A DNA stretch of 62,970 nucleotides, counting the filler, from Octopus bimaculoides (Eukaryota), in NCBI RefSeq assembly GCF_001194135.2. It is 6 parts of 6 records of this genome, joined end to end, with 100 filler letters (N's around TTAATTAATTAA, not from the genome) between each part and the next. Parts side by side here need not be neighbours in the genome. Positions count along the whole stretch, not along the records: positions 1 to 30,767 come from NC_069007.1; 5 more parts are not named here. One strand, given 5' to 3'. Of this stretch, positions 1 to 12,660 are shown piece by piece. The translations under genes were made by a program, and so were the position numbers. The notes beneath the pieces are model-generated. The model was not told the origin of the DNA and made no database searches. It worked only from the letters and a program-made list of their open reading frames with translations. The first letter of the stretch is position 1. The number at the start of each line of letters is the position of its first letter.

Positions 1-87
<87 letters not shown>
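1..87. repeat. (TA)n microsatellite
   Basis: Near-perfect TA dinucleotide run at the window start. Confidence 0.98.
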
Positions 88-89
<2 letters not shown>

Positions 90-149
90 CACTGCTGGCT
101 ATTAAATATCTTGCTTAGATTAACAATGATCGAATGCCTTCAAATTACG

Positions 150-276
150 TATCTTTAGCTGCTGCTGCTACTACTACTACTACCACCACCACCACTACTC
201 CTACCACCACTACTACTACTACTACCACCACTACCACTACTACTACTACTACTACTAACCTGCTGCTGCTGCTGCA
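150..276. repeat. Compound trinucleotide microsatellite (CTG/CTA/CCA)n
   Basis: Directly visible mixed trinucleotide runs. Confidence 0.95.
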
Positions 277-779
277 GCTCCTCCTTCACCATACGTATAG
301 AATTGTCTGACGGTAAACCGGATTATCTTCTCGCTTCTTCCGTTTTCGCGTGTTGACGACGGGAGTCAAGCGTATTTCTCGGTGGAGTAGAATACATAAG
401 CACCGGCTTGCGTCACCACAACAACGTCTACGGCTATCTAGGATACATGGAATTCCTATGGAGATCAGTACACTAAATATTATCCGAGGTCCGTCAGCTA
501 TGCCACACGCTGAAAATCCACATCGTTCGCCAACCGGACTCAACTTTAAGCTTTAATATCTCAACTTGTCGCAAAATGCAAAGTTCCTCTCTTCCAACTT
601 GAAAGCAGACAATATTTCTGATATCTGATGGAAACAACAGGCAGCATCAATAAGTAAGGCTAATATGGCTAATAGCATATCCTTCTATGTCTCTAGTTAC
701 CCTGAATAATATCATGATTAAAGTCATGTCACATAATTAGATACAACTGGCTTGTACGAGTGTAGTCGTTCGAAATCTC

Positions 780-1090
780 TGCATACAGGACGCCGGTTAG
801 TCTCAAGGGTCAGCAGGAGAGAATGCGTACCGTATCGGGGCCTAGTGTGTCTAGAGTGCACTAGCCCCCATTCACTGATGTGGAGCTTCACCGACTGGAT
901 CTACTGATTTATGTAATCTTAAATTCATTTCGGGGTCATCGTCTCCATTGAAAAATGGAGATCTGATTTGTCGTACGGACGAACATGTCCTTCCCTCACC
1001 CCATACATCACATCTCCAGATTTCTTCATTCTTTTTCTGCCATATCCAGTAGTTAACCTTCTCAACTGTGGTCTCGATCTCATCCAACAT
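780..1090 (-). mobile_element. Possible decayed RTE-like LINE reverse transcriptase fragment
   Basis: Minus-strand peptide VRQIRSPFFNGDDDPEMNLRLHKSVDPVG loosely resembles the region after YLG in RTE RT (S..G..D.E.N.R..K). It is more GC-rich than the flanks. The match is weak. Confidence 0.3.
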
Positions 1091-1938
1091 GGTGTTCGAT
1101 GCCGATTGACAGCAGCCATCATCTCAATCCGATTTCAATAAAACCCATACATCTAATTTCAGCACAAAATGTGTATTGCACTCCAGCCAGCATCTATACA
1201 GTCTCCTTGTGGACTTTCATAACGCTTGTCTACCAGAGTAGCACCTCGCATATAATCTTCATGTGGAACAATTCGACAAGATGAACTAACTTACGTCCTC
1301 ACACCATATTGTCATGAGTGGCTTCGTCTTTCTAGGCATTTGAAAGAACAGATTCCCCCTCCCCAACTAGATCCCATTTCTCGTCGTTTACAGCTTTCAC
1401 CTTCTGTATTGGGTGATCATCTTCACTTTGTTAAAAATAATGTGATAAACTATTTCCCGGCAGTCTTATGCGGTTCCTTACCTTCATTGATAATTTCCAT
1501 TTGCTTCATAGCAGCAACATCAAACGAATTCTGAAGGCCTCGTTTTGTTTCCACATATACCTTTCTAGCTCCATTGAAGAATTAGAAAGAACATGCTTTC
1601 GCGTACCAACTTTCCTGCATCTACACTTGACAATAACGGACGTAATGTGCCGCTAATTGAAGAGGTTCCTTCCTACTGATTGATCAGGACAGTCCAATAT
1701 ACGTGTGTGTATATTTGTGTTTCACAATATACGTGATTGTGTGTGTTTGTGTATGTGTATGTGCGAGCAATCGGATGCTGACCCACGACGGACCATCAGG
1801 GAAACATTTTTGCTTCACGTTACAGAGATCAAAAGTCTACATGTCTAATATACTCACAGACGCACAGACACATATGTATCCATATATGTACATCTACCTA
1901 CCTGTCTGTATGTGTGCCTATCTATCTATCTATCTAAC

Positions 1939-1970
<32 letters not shown>

Positions 1971-3188
1971 AGGTTGAGGAGGGTATTGGATTTACACTTC
2001 AAGTACTGTTGTCTCTTTTTTCAGCACATCACACTCTTTACCACTTCATACTAAAAATATCCGCCTATGGATATAATAATAGATTACTTTATTTTTTTCT
2101 GTCTCCGATGAAGGGAAGTACTGGATCTTTCCAGAAACAGCTGTAAGACTCTATCCATANNNNNNNNNNNNNNNNNNNNNNNNNNNNNNNNNNNNNNNNN
2201 NNNNNNNNNNNNNNNNNNNNNNNNNNNNNNNNNNNNNNNNNNNNNNNNNNNNNNNNNNNNNNNNNNNNNNNNNNNNNNNNNNNNNNNNNNNNNNNNNNNN
2301 NNNNNNNNNNNNNNNNNNNNNNNNNNNNNNNNNNNNNNNNNNNNNNNNNNNNNNNNNNNNNNNNNNNNNNNNNNNNNNNNNNNNNNNNNNNNNNNNNNNN
2401 NNNNNNNNNNNNNNNNNNNNNNNNNNNNNNNNNNNNNNNNNNNNNNNNNNNNNNNNNNNNNNNNNNNNNNNNNNNNNNNNNNNNNNNNNNNNNNNNNNNN
2501 NNNNNNNNNNNNNNNNNNNNNNNNNNNNNNNNNNNNNNNNNNNNNNNNNNNNNNNNNNNNNNNNNNNNNNNNNNNNNNNNNNNNNNNNNNNNNNNNNNNN
2601 NNNNNNNNNNNNNNNNNNNNNNNNNNNNNNNNNNNNNNNNNNNNNNNNNNNNNNNNNNNNNNNNNNNNNNNNNNNNNNNNNNNNNNNNNNNNNNNNNNNN
2701 NNNNNNNNNNNNNNNNNNNNNNNNNNNNNNNNNNNNNNNNNNNNNNNNNNNNNNNNNNNNNNNNNNNNNNNNNNNNNNNNNNNNNNNNNNNNNNNNNNNN
2801 NNNNNNNNNNNNNNNNNNNNNNNNNNNNNNNNNNNNNNNNNNNNNNNNNNNNNNNNNNNNNNNNNNNNNNNNNNNNNNNNNNNNNNNNNNNNNNNNNNNN
2901 NNNNNNNNNNNNNNNNNTACGAAGGAATAAACGAAAACGAAAACAAAGCTTAAATCACACAATCTTTCAACGAAAGTCTGCTATCACCGTGGGCCAAAAG
3001 AAGTAACTGTTTTCTTTAACCAAAAATTTTTATTTTGTTGCTCGTTTTACTTATTTTTTATTCTTAGATAAATTCGCCCTTTGGTATATAACAATTTTTT
3101 AAAAGAAATTATAAAAAAAACTCCTTACTGAAAACATAAGAATTTTTGATGTTCTAAGAATTTCCTGGAGGTAACAGATTTCGTGATA

Positions 3189-3245
<57 letters not shown>

Positions 3246-3654
3246 TTGCTGCGGAATACATCATTATATTTTCGAAAACGCTGTGTAAATCTAGTATAAA
3301 ATCATTGTTTTCATTCGTTTCGTGTCCATATTCTTGTAAATATTTTGTTATAGTATATTATTAAGAGCACCAGGAATCATTCGACTGGCGCTCTGTGATT
3401 ATTTTGCCCCATAAGTGCAGTATTTTGCCTTCCCCCAAAATGTTGTTTATCATTCCACTTGTACCAGTTACAAATGAGATGAAAGACGCTTTCACTAATT
3501 GTCAAAATGAATTTTTAAACTCACAAGAAGAGAAAGAGGGGCAATTTCTTAATCTTTACAGTTTGCTTAGACGCAACACTAAAGTCATTTCGTATTTCTA
3601 GATTGATAATCAGTTTGTTTATCATCTTTGATGTAATAAGGCAACTAACTGGTA

Positions 3655-3785
3655 GAAGCGTTAGTATTCCAGGCGAAATGCTTAGCGTTATTGCGTTTGT
3701 CTTAATTCCGCCAAGATTGACTTTGCCTTTCATCCTTACGGGGTCAATTAAATAAGCACCAGTTGCATACTGGGGCTTATCCCTG
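3655..3785 (+). mobile_element. SINE family A, degenerate partial copy
   Basis: Contains gcgaaatgcttagc...gactttgcctttcatcct...gggtc...accagttgcatactggggc, matching the better copies at 41705-42135. Confidence 0.8.
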
Positions 3786-3799
3786 CTCTGAAGTTGCTA

Positions 3800-4400
3800 G
3801 CCTTGTGCAGAAGATTTCAAATCGTTAATTAGTGCGCTATTATTATTTACGTAATAGTATTTGGCGTCAGGTACATTACAGGCTGTCTGGTAGTCTGTCT
3901 TTATGCTAAAATTCCATATTATTTTCACCTTGTTTACTATCTTGATAGGTGGGACTTTATACGAGAATCAACGAGCTTTCTTTCTTGATTTAATTACTAA
4001 TCGGTGGTTAGGTGTATATAGAGCTTTGCTACGTCATTGTGATTATAAGAATAATACTTTGTTGGAGCAAGTGTAGGACATCTCGATATAATGTGATATA
4101 TTGTCTTTGGAAAGGCTTCAAACAGGCCACATTTATCATCAACTTTGTAGTGACAAGCGTATGTCTCTTTTGTTGCTGTTTTCGATTGTGACTTCAGCTG
4201 TTCAAAGACTAAACAAATTCGTTGTGGGAATTTTGTTTCTCTATATGTGATCAACTTGCTACCCCTTTTTTTTTGTATCACAGTCAACGAGAGACCGGAG
4301 CAGGCGTTTTGTGAATTAGAATGGCAATGGGCAACATCAATAACTGCCTTCTTATATTGTACCCCGACACTCTGGAGCATCCTTTATTCCGTGGATGCAC
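3800..4400 (-). mobile_element. R4/Dong-clade non-LTR retrotransposon remnant (zinc knuckle and restriction-like endonuclease region)
   Basis: Peptide DDKCGLFEAFPKTIYHIISRCPTLAPTKYYSYNHNDVAKLYIH matches the C..C...ET..HI.S.CP.L...Y..RHN.VAK.IH signature of R4/Dong elements. Degenerate endonuclease-like residues follow at lower coordinates. Confidence 0.8.
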
Positions 4401-4799
4401 AGAAGTGAGAGTCAGATTTATCGTTTGGATGTGCTGTGTTTTAAAATACATTTCTCGCATTACAATCTTCAGAATTTTGTTATGTAAGAGGAACAAAGAA
4501 AACGCAATCGATACAGCGCTTTGTATAATGTACACGTACTTCAGAAAGCCGGCCATCTTAAAATGACTTGGGCCAAGAGGCTCTGTTACGCGACAAAATG
4601 AAGCTGGCTTACTACGTCAACATTATTGGCAAAAATACAGCAGAAAGAAAGATGCTGGCCTTTATATTCCCCAGTATCCAAATAAATACATTTAGGTCGA
4701 ATGAGAAAAGAATGGAATACAGGGAGAAAGAATTGTAACGCTTATCTACCACACCCAAAGTTTTTGATAACGAGTCGAGCCTTCCGGTGCAACTTTTGG

Positions 4800-4838
<39 letters not shown>

Positions 4839-4927
4839 ACACACACAGAAAGATAAATAGATAAATAAATAGATGGATACATAGATCTATCTATCTATCT
4901 ATCTATCTATCTACAAACATACAAACA

Positions 4928-5360
4928 TGGCTGTGTGGAAAGTAGCTTGCGTCCCAATCACATGGTTCCGGGTTCAGTCCCCCTGCGTGGCACCTTGGGG
5001 AAGTGTCTTCTATAACCTTGGGCCGACCAAAGCCTTGTGAGTAAATATGGTAGACGGACTCTGAAAGAAGCACGTCGTGTCTATATATATATATATGTGT
5101 GTGTGTGTATGTATGTTTGTGTATCTGTGTTTGTCTCACCCACAATCGATTGACAACCGATGCNNNNNNNNNNGTTTGTCTCACCCACAATCGATTGACA
5201 ACCGATGCTGGTGTGTTTACGCCCCCGTAAATTAGCGGTTTGGCAAGAGAGACCGATATAATACGTACTAGGCTTACTAAGAATAATTGCTGGGATCGAT
5301 TTGCTCGACTAAAGGTGGTGCTCCAGCATAGCCGCTGTCAAATGACTGAAACAAGTAAAA
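4928..5360 (+). mobile_element. SINE family B (tRNA-derived head, internal TA/TG microsatellite)
   Basis: A-box TGGCTGTGTGG and B-box-like GGTTCAGTCCC. It matches the copies at 31866-32290 and 53837-54195. Confidence 0.9.
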
Positions 5361-6054
5361 TATAACTTCGTAAGGACTGTCACTTCTCGGATTCTCTGAA
5401 TCCGAGCAACGCCGGGCAGCGCTGTTAGTATGCGCGTGTCCTTGTGTGTATGTGTTTGTGGGTATGTATGCGTATACAGTTATGTGTAGTCGCAGTATGT
5501 ATGCATTAATAAGCAGGTAGCTAAACAAAGAGCATAGTCTACCAACTTTAGAATCCAGAATATTCCCTGGCAACGTCCAAACAGCGAAATTATGCCTAAA
5601 GAATTCAAGCGATTTTGAAATGTTTTTGGCAATATTCCCAGATAATCTCTGGCTAATCCCAAGATATAAGCTTCCTTGTAGAAATGTTGACTGCTTCCTG
5701 TAAGTATGTGTTATGATATACATACATACATACGCACTTACGTGTGTATCTATATATGTGTATATATACGTTTGTGCACACATGCATATATAATATTATA
5801 ATATATGAATATAAATAAATTTAAATGTATTTATGAGTATGTATACACACACATATACACACACTCATGAACACACATATATAAATATACGTGTGTCTGT
5901 GTGACTGCGTGCAAATATAAACGTGCATAGGTAAATATTATATACACCCTTACACAAAAATTACACACGCACACTCATATATAGATATGAAAATATATAT
6001 AGTAAATCCCCAAAAGAAGAACAAACACAAAAAACACAAAAACGCGAGGATGTG

Positions 6055-6215
6055 GTACAGGTAATATATTAACAGACGCTCAGTGAAGGAAAGAAAGATG
6101 GTTTAACGTTTCGAGCAGACACTCCTCTTCGGAAACAGAGGAAAGTCCAATAGAAGGGAAGACGGAGGAAGAAAATCGTCAACGATTCACATGTGGTTAC
6201 ATTTTGAAATCAATA
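6055..6215 (-). mobile_element. Penelope-like element terminal fragment with degenerate hammerhead core
   Basis: Minus strand reads GTTT-CCGAAGA-GGAGTGTCTGCTC-GAAACGTT-AAAC, the layout of the minimal hammerheads found in Penelope terminal repeats. Confidence 0.5.
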
Positions 6216-7382
6216 TATATATATATGTACACACACACAGAGGCACACATATACGTGTGCGTTGTGTGCGTGTGTCTGTTTGCGTATAAAATAAGTTGGT
6301 TATTTTGGTAGCTTGCTTCACTCGAGTTTCCATGAGAAAGACACCCCAGAATAACAGAATACTGCACCAACCAAAAGGAATTGTTTCACTTTACAAGGAT
6401 AGACCCAAAGAGGAAGACCTCTTAATGGTAGTTAGATATAATAAAAATAGTGGTCATATATACCTCAAATCATATCCATCTACACGTTTATATTAGAGAA
6501 ATGGAGAGAGAGAGAGTAATAGAAGGAGAGAAAGGGAGAGGGAGGAGAGATAGAAAATAAATACTACGGTGTTATGTATTTGTGTATGAATGTATAATCC
6601 TACAGGGAAGACCACAACATGGAGATTCAATTCACTTCTTACTCTCTTAAATTAAGATACATTAAATAATACGAGGTGGGAATAGGCACAGGGTCGGTGT
6701 CCCTTGGTAGCCATGGAAGATAGCCACATGTGTAACGACGGCCATACGGTAGCAGACTCTTCACAGCGACGGACAAGATGCCTTTTATTATTCTCGGATA
6801 TTTACCTCGGATATATATCCCGCCAAGATCCGGATGACATTTTATCTATCTGCTGCGATAAAAATAGAATACCAGTAATACACTGGGATGGATTACATCC
6901 ATTAAACACTCCGCTTCTATAAAATCAAACGTCACCAAGACATTGTACTTCGATGAGAAATCAATGTGATTGCGGTTAATACGATCAACATTTCCTTACG
7001 CTTGGTACGGGGCCAAGATCGACAATGGGAGTTGAGGTGGGGGCAGATTTGTCAATTAAGAGAATCCCAAATATCTCTGCAATTATTTTATCGATTGCAG
7101 CTGAAGATGAAAAGCTTAGAGGGGATCCCCATGTGGGGGTTCCGACAAAGATTATCAGAGAACGAAAGTAAATATTGGCAGGTATTGAGGGGGGGGGGCT
7201 TCAGATTCCCAACAACTGTTCACGCTCTAAAAGGGTTATCTTGTGTGTGTGTTTGAAGAGAGAGAGAGAGAGGGGAAAAAGGGAGGGAGAGAAAGAGAGG
7301 GGGAGAGAGAGTGACTGAATGAGAAAGATAACTAGCTACAGAGATATAAATACTGAAGCAGAAAGAAGTGTACCTGAGGAGT

Positions 7383-7415
<33 letters not shown>

Positions 7416-7642
7416 ACATGTATATATATATACGTTTATATATGTATGTATATCTATATGTATGTACATATTCGCTTATATATACATCAATATATATTTG
7501 TGAGAGAAGGAGGGAGAGGTAATCTGTTGAAGAGATAAACAGGTAACTTGATGGATTCACAGGTATGTTGGAATGGAGAGAGGTTGATCGGTCTGTAGAT
7601 GAGTGTGTAGGCGAATGTGTGCGTGTGCGAGTGTATATATGC

Positions 7643-7688
<46 letters not shown>

Positions 7689-7715
7689 GTGTATATGTAT
7701 GTATATGTATGTATA

Positions 7716-7771
<56 letters not shown>

Positions 7772-8028
7772 CTGACAGAATTGGTAAATATGTAGTTCTA
7801 TATTTCTACCTACATACGGATAGATAAACAGATGAATAGTTCCCTAGGACGCTAAGTAGTCACAATAGGCTGTTGTTAGCTTTCTAGCTATGAATAGGGA
7901 AAGAGATAGATATGAGTATTCATTGGTTGATAGAATACGTTCTTTTGCTCTTCTATTTTTTTTATGTGTTTCAGTCCAAAGGCTGTGGCCATACTGGGAC
8001 GCCTTTACAATGGCCATTCTAACATTCG

Positions 8029-8089
<61 letters not shown>

Positions 8090-9374
8090 GGAGAGAGATA
8101 ATTTATTAGTGTGTAAATACTGTATATGATACATGAAAAAGCATCGTCCATAATCCATAAGACACTTCAGACATCGGAACATTTTCAAATTCTTTCGGTT
8201 CCTAAGAAAACTATTTGTTTTACATTTTCTGACTCTTTGTATGGGAATTTTCCAAATGTATGATTTAACTCGATGCTACTGTCGCTGGTTTATCGAGCTA
8301 TCTGCTTTAATTTTAAAGACCTGCGACCAAAAGCTTTCTTGTCGTGCCCATCCCGGTTTTTGTGTGTATGTCTGACTATATTGTTTAATAAATCTTTCTT
8401 TTAAGATGGCAGATTATGAGAGCGATTCAGCTGCTGTTTTTTGTAGGTCAGTTAACCAGGTAGCGATCTCCCTTGGAGCCAGTTAAATTAGGTGATGTTC
8501 AAAACGAATCCATTAATTATTGAAACCGAAACTCAAACATTAAAACTCGTTGACACAAAACAGAAATTGTTTTTCTCTTTCTTTTCGTTGTAACATATTT
8601 GAGAGAGGATGAAAAAATAATTCTCTACATTAAAAATCAGTTGCATGCGTTTCTAGTATGTATGTGAGAGAGAGAGAGGTAGAGAGAGTGAAAGGGAGAG
8701 AGGTAGAGAGAGTGAAAGGGAGAGAGGTAGAGAGAGTGAAAGGGAGAGAAAGAGAGTGGAGAAGAAAGGAAGGCTGAAAGAGGAAGGACGAAAGGGAGAA
8801 GAAAGCTTATTATATAAAGTTGCAGTTGTTTCTGTTGTTGTAGTTGCTATTGCCACTGGTCTTGTTGTAAAAAGTCTTTATATAAAAAAACGAAATAATC
8901 TTCTCTTTATGTCAATATTGATTTTCAAAAGCCAATGGGTTGAGTTCAGAATTAAAGACTTTCGATGATACTCTTTTTATGGTTTTGGTTCTCTCTCTCT
9001 AGTTACTTCGTGTCATTCCACTTTAACCTTATCTAGTGTTGCTGCAGAGAATCGTAGGATATTAAATTATTCCTAGTTAAATCTGCGACAAAATATTTAG
9101 CCTTCGTGTTTACTAATCACTGTTGCATCTCTGACCCAACCTTTGACATCGTAAATGGTTTTCTTTAACCCTTTCCGCAGAGACAAATAAACCGAATAAA
9201 TGTTTATCTGTCGGCAAAAAAAGGGCATGGCACACTTACGTTAAAAAAACGTTTATATTTGTGAGTTTTTGCCATAAAAATTACAACAAACAGAAAACCA
9301 ATGAAAACATTAGTAAAATATATTTATTTTTACTCTTTAGAACTAACTGTTAATGGTCGGCACATCTATTGCTT

Positions 9375-10300
9375 ATAAATATATATAACAGCCAGAAAAT
9401 TTCAACAGAAGCTTGAGGAGAATATAAATATAAACACCTCCAACAGCAAATTTGTATTTGCGGACAAAACGAAAAATTTATACGAGGTGAATAAGAACAT
9501 GTAATAAATTGCTATATGACAGCATAACCGAAAAAAAAAAGCAAAAATGAAAGCAAAACAAGGCAAAAAGCACGAAGAGTCACACAATGATGTAAAAATC
9601 AATACAAAAACGAATTGAAACAACAAAATTCTGCAAACACAAAGTCACAGTAAGTTACAATGAAATAATCACAACGTCAGTTACAACACGCAGCAAAAGC
9701 TTGTGAAATTAGTTTCATAAAAAGTGAGTGAGGCCTCGTCGACCAAAAAATATTAATCCTAAATAAATAAATCAAAAGTAAAAGCTCGATTCTAAATGCA
9801 TTAAATACCTTTACAAAAACTAAAATCACAAAAGATAGTGTAAACTGGTTTAAACAAATTGTGGAAAAAAACAAAACAAAAACAAAACAGACAGGTGTCA
9901 ATTTATCCAGTTTGACATGGTAAAATATTACCTAGTTATCATCAAAGACCTTGACTATAAAACCGTAGAGTTCACAAGTTAGTACGCAGTCATCACATCC
10001 TACAAGCGTGAAACTGTGACACACTGTGGACGTTTACTCTGTTTTAACAACAGCAAATTCAGAGTTAGAAATCTTGGCGCAGAAGTATATAAAATCACAT
10101 GGCAACTCCGGAAAAAAATAGAATAGACAACAATAGAGTGGAATTGTATATGGACAAGGGTTTCCAAGGGCCAGGGTGGGCACACAAAGGGCGTTACTGC
10201 TAGCTTTAAAATGTTTCATCTCAAGATGATAAGAGAAACTAATCTCGTATACAGGAAATTCTTGGGTTGAGCACAGTTCAACACAATGTAATTTATCTAT
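9375..10300 (+). mobile_element. Penelope-like element reverse transcriptase remnant
   Basis: Frameshifted peptides FQQKLEENININTSNSKFVFADKTKNLYEV, DSVNWFKQI, FIQFDMVKYY, HCGRLLCFNNSK, VELYMDKG and FKMFHLKMIRETNL appear in the order expected for Penelope RT motifs. Confidence 0.75.
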
Positions 10301-10784
10301 AAATTGAAAAATATACTCTCGTATCCGGAAAACTCGCCGCCAGCATTTTTGCCGTGGGGAAACTTGCCGTAGAAAATTTCCCCGAAAAGGAGGCTCACAA
10401 GAAGACTGTAAACTAGATAACTTATTTTAAAGAAATTACCTTTATCTAATTAATAGGTTAGATGAAGAAGTTGCCACTTTAAGAAGACAGACAACTTTTT
10501 TTTTTTTTGTAATTTATTTTTCTTTTGCGGCAAATTTTCTTACAGTAAATATATTTTTATAGAAATTTCCTCTAACCATTTTCCCCTCCCTCTGCATGGA
10601 ACATAGAACTAATCTTTACTTGCAGGCACAACAGGAAATTCTTAGTGCATTATTTCGGAGTCACAAATAACTCTATGGTGATATCATAAATCACGTGACA
10701 GAATGCAATTTTGTTTTTTGCTCCTCTACTACAGTGTATAAGCAAGTGTGTGAATGTGTGTGTGTGTGTGTGTGTATACACTTA

Positions 10785-10875
10785 TGCTGAAAGAAGATGT
10801 CAGATCTTCAAACCACGAAAAACACATTCTCACACATCTATTTCTCGTGGTTTGAAGATCTGGGATCTTTTAGCA
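10785..10875. ncRNA. Pre-miRNA-like hairpin (candidate)
   Basis: Perfect 18-bp stem 10801-10818/10845-10862, a 10-bp lower stem 10785-10794/10866-10875 with one G-U pair, and a 26-nt apical region. There is no expression evidence. Confidence 0.3.
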
Positions 10876-11094
10876 AGCAAGGAAACCACTTACTGGTTTT
10901 CCTCTTCCTGTATTAAAGTCTCCGGAGAATTTTGACGCATGCTGGCCACTGGTATAAATTACCATTTTTAATAATCTTTACCCTTAGCAAATATATCTTT
11001 GATTTGAAACTCCTATTAGTAACATAAGTATTTTAGTAGTGATGGGGAAGGTGGCGTAGTTGTAGCATATTCTTACAGATGGTTATGAAAAATG

Positions 11095-11302
11095 TTCTTT
11101 TTTACTCTAGGGACAAGACCCGAAATTTTTGGGGAGGCGACCAGTCGATTAAATCGACCCCAGTACGCAACTGATACTTAATTTATCGACCCCGAAAGGA
11201 TGAAAGGCAAAGTCGAACCTCGGCGGAATTTAAACCCAGAACATAAAGACAGACGAAATACCGCTAAGCATTTTTTCCGGCGTTCTAACCATTCTACCAG
11301 CT
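11095..11302 (-). mobile_element. SINE family A, full-length, with intact head
   Basis: Complete reverse-complement copy. It shows the uninterrupted sequence gacgaaataccg-ctaagc at the site where the insertions at 32592 and 58059 occur. Confidence 0.9.
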
Positions 11303-11378
11303 CATTCATTGCTTTACTGTTGGGAGTAATAATGGCAGCGTAGGCATTAAGGGTAGTAGTAGTAGTAGTAGTAGTAGT

Positions 11379-11764
11379 GGAAGCGCAATGGCCCAGTGGT
11401 TAGGGTAGTGGACTCGCGGTCATAGGATCGCGGTTTCGATTCCCAGACCAGGCGTTCTGAGTGTTTATTGAGCGAAAACGCCTAAAGCACCACGAGGCTC
11501 CGGCAGGGGATGGTGGCGAACCCTGCTGTACTCTTTCACCACAACTTTCTCTCATTCTTCCTTCCTGTTTCTGTTGTGCCTGTAATTCAAAGGGGTCAGC
11601 CTTGTCACACTGTGTGTCACGCTGAATATCCCCCGAGAACTACGTTAAGGGTACACGTGTCTGTGGAGTGCTCAGCCACTTGCACGTTAATTTCACGAGC
11701 AGGCTGTTCCGTTGATCGGATCAACTGGAACCCCCCTCGTCGTCGTAACCGACGGAGTACCACG
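11379..11764 (+). mobile_element. SINE family C (tRNA-derived)
   Basis: A-box TGGCCCAGTGG (11389-11399) and B-box GGTTTCGATTCC (11432-11443). It is flanked on both sides by (AGT)n, and related heads occur at 27806 and 42838. Confidence 0.85.
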
Positions 11765-11979
11765 AAGTAGTAGTAGTTGTGGTAGTAATTGCAGTTGTGC
11801 TATTAGTAACAGTGGTGTTAGTCAAGTGGTGGCGTTAGTAGTGATGATAGTAGTGGTAGTGGTGGCAGTGTTGCTAATGGCAGTAATGCTACTAGTCGGG
11901 GGGAGGGAGGTAGTAGTACTACCAGGGAAGGCATTTGTAGTAACGACGGAGCATTGTTAGTAGTAGAAGCTAATAGATA

Positions 11980-12015
<36 letters not shown>

Positions 12016-12660
12016 CAATACTTAGCAGCTGCAGTGATGGTGGTAGTAGTGGTGGTGGTGGTGGTGGTGACTGTTGTATTGATTATATCTGAGATAGTGA
12101 AAGTTGTTGACGAAAAAATATAAAACGCGAAGAACAAGGAAATTAAAATGTCACCTTTAGAGAAATGACATGATCATAAATATGGCGGATTTAAGATATT
12201 CTAACTCACGGCTGTCATTTTATTCTGGTGACTGGAAATGATTAAAGTTGTTCTAGTCTTCTGTTGCCGTTGTTCATGTCGTTGTTGTTGTTGTTGAACT
12301 GTAGTCGACGATGTTGTTGTTGTTGTTATTGTTCTTGTTGTCGCTGTTATTTTATACTTGTTATATTAGTAGTTGTTACTGTTGTTGTTGTTTTGTCTTT
12401 GTTGCTATTGTTGTCAATGTAGTCGTAGTTGCTGTTGCTGTCGTGGTTAGTGTTGATGAGGATGATGATGATGATGATGTAGGTCGAGGTCAAGCATGAT
12501 GGATAACATCCAAGGCCAGTATGAACGAACAAAATAGTCAAACGCTCTTCCTGTTGGCGGTGGAGGTGATGGTGGTGGTGAGAATGTTGGGGGTGGTGGT
12601 GGTGTTACTAAATGGAGAAAGTGTAATAGAAAAAAAAAATGAATGACAAAAGTAACTGGA
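11765..12660. repeat. Degenerate trinucleotide repeat tract (AGT/GGT/GTT/GAT)
   Basis: Directly visible. It is the source of the homopolymeric ORFs in this region. Confidence 0.85.

Noticed and set aside
2084-2962. Long ORFs in the track that span N runs (also 18104-19328, 33041-34424, 44269-45253 and 55791-56608)
   Set aside because: They are open only because N codons are not stops.
5133-5205. Direct repeat flanking a 10-N gap
   Set aside because: The identical sequence on both sides of a minimal gap indicates an unmerged contig overlap.
7220-7830. ORFs made of CVCV, THTH, YIYI, LSLS or ERER runs, here and throughout the window
   Set aside because: They are translations of dinucleotide and tetranucleotide microsatellites.
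8406-8447. Apparent ATG-containing mini-exon with good splice sites (similar case at 14190-14260)
   Set aside because: The sequence belongs to the dispersed repeat also seen at 52430-52490.
11389-11450. tRNA genes
   Set aside because: The A and B boxes belong to SINE heads followed by SINE bodies, and I could not build a full cloverleaf.
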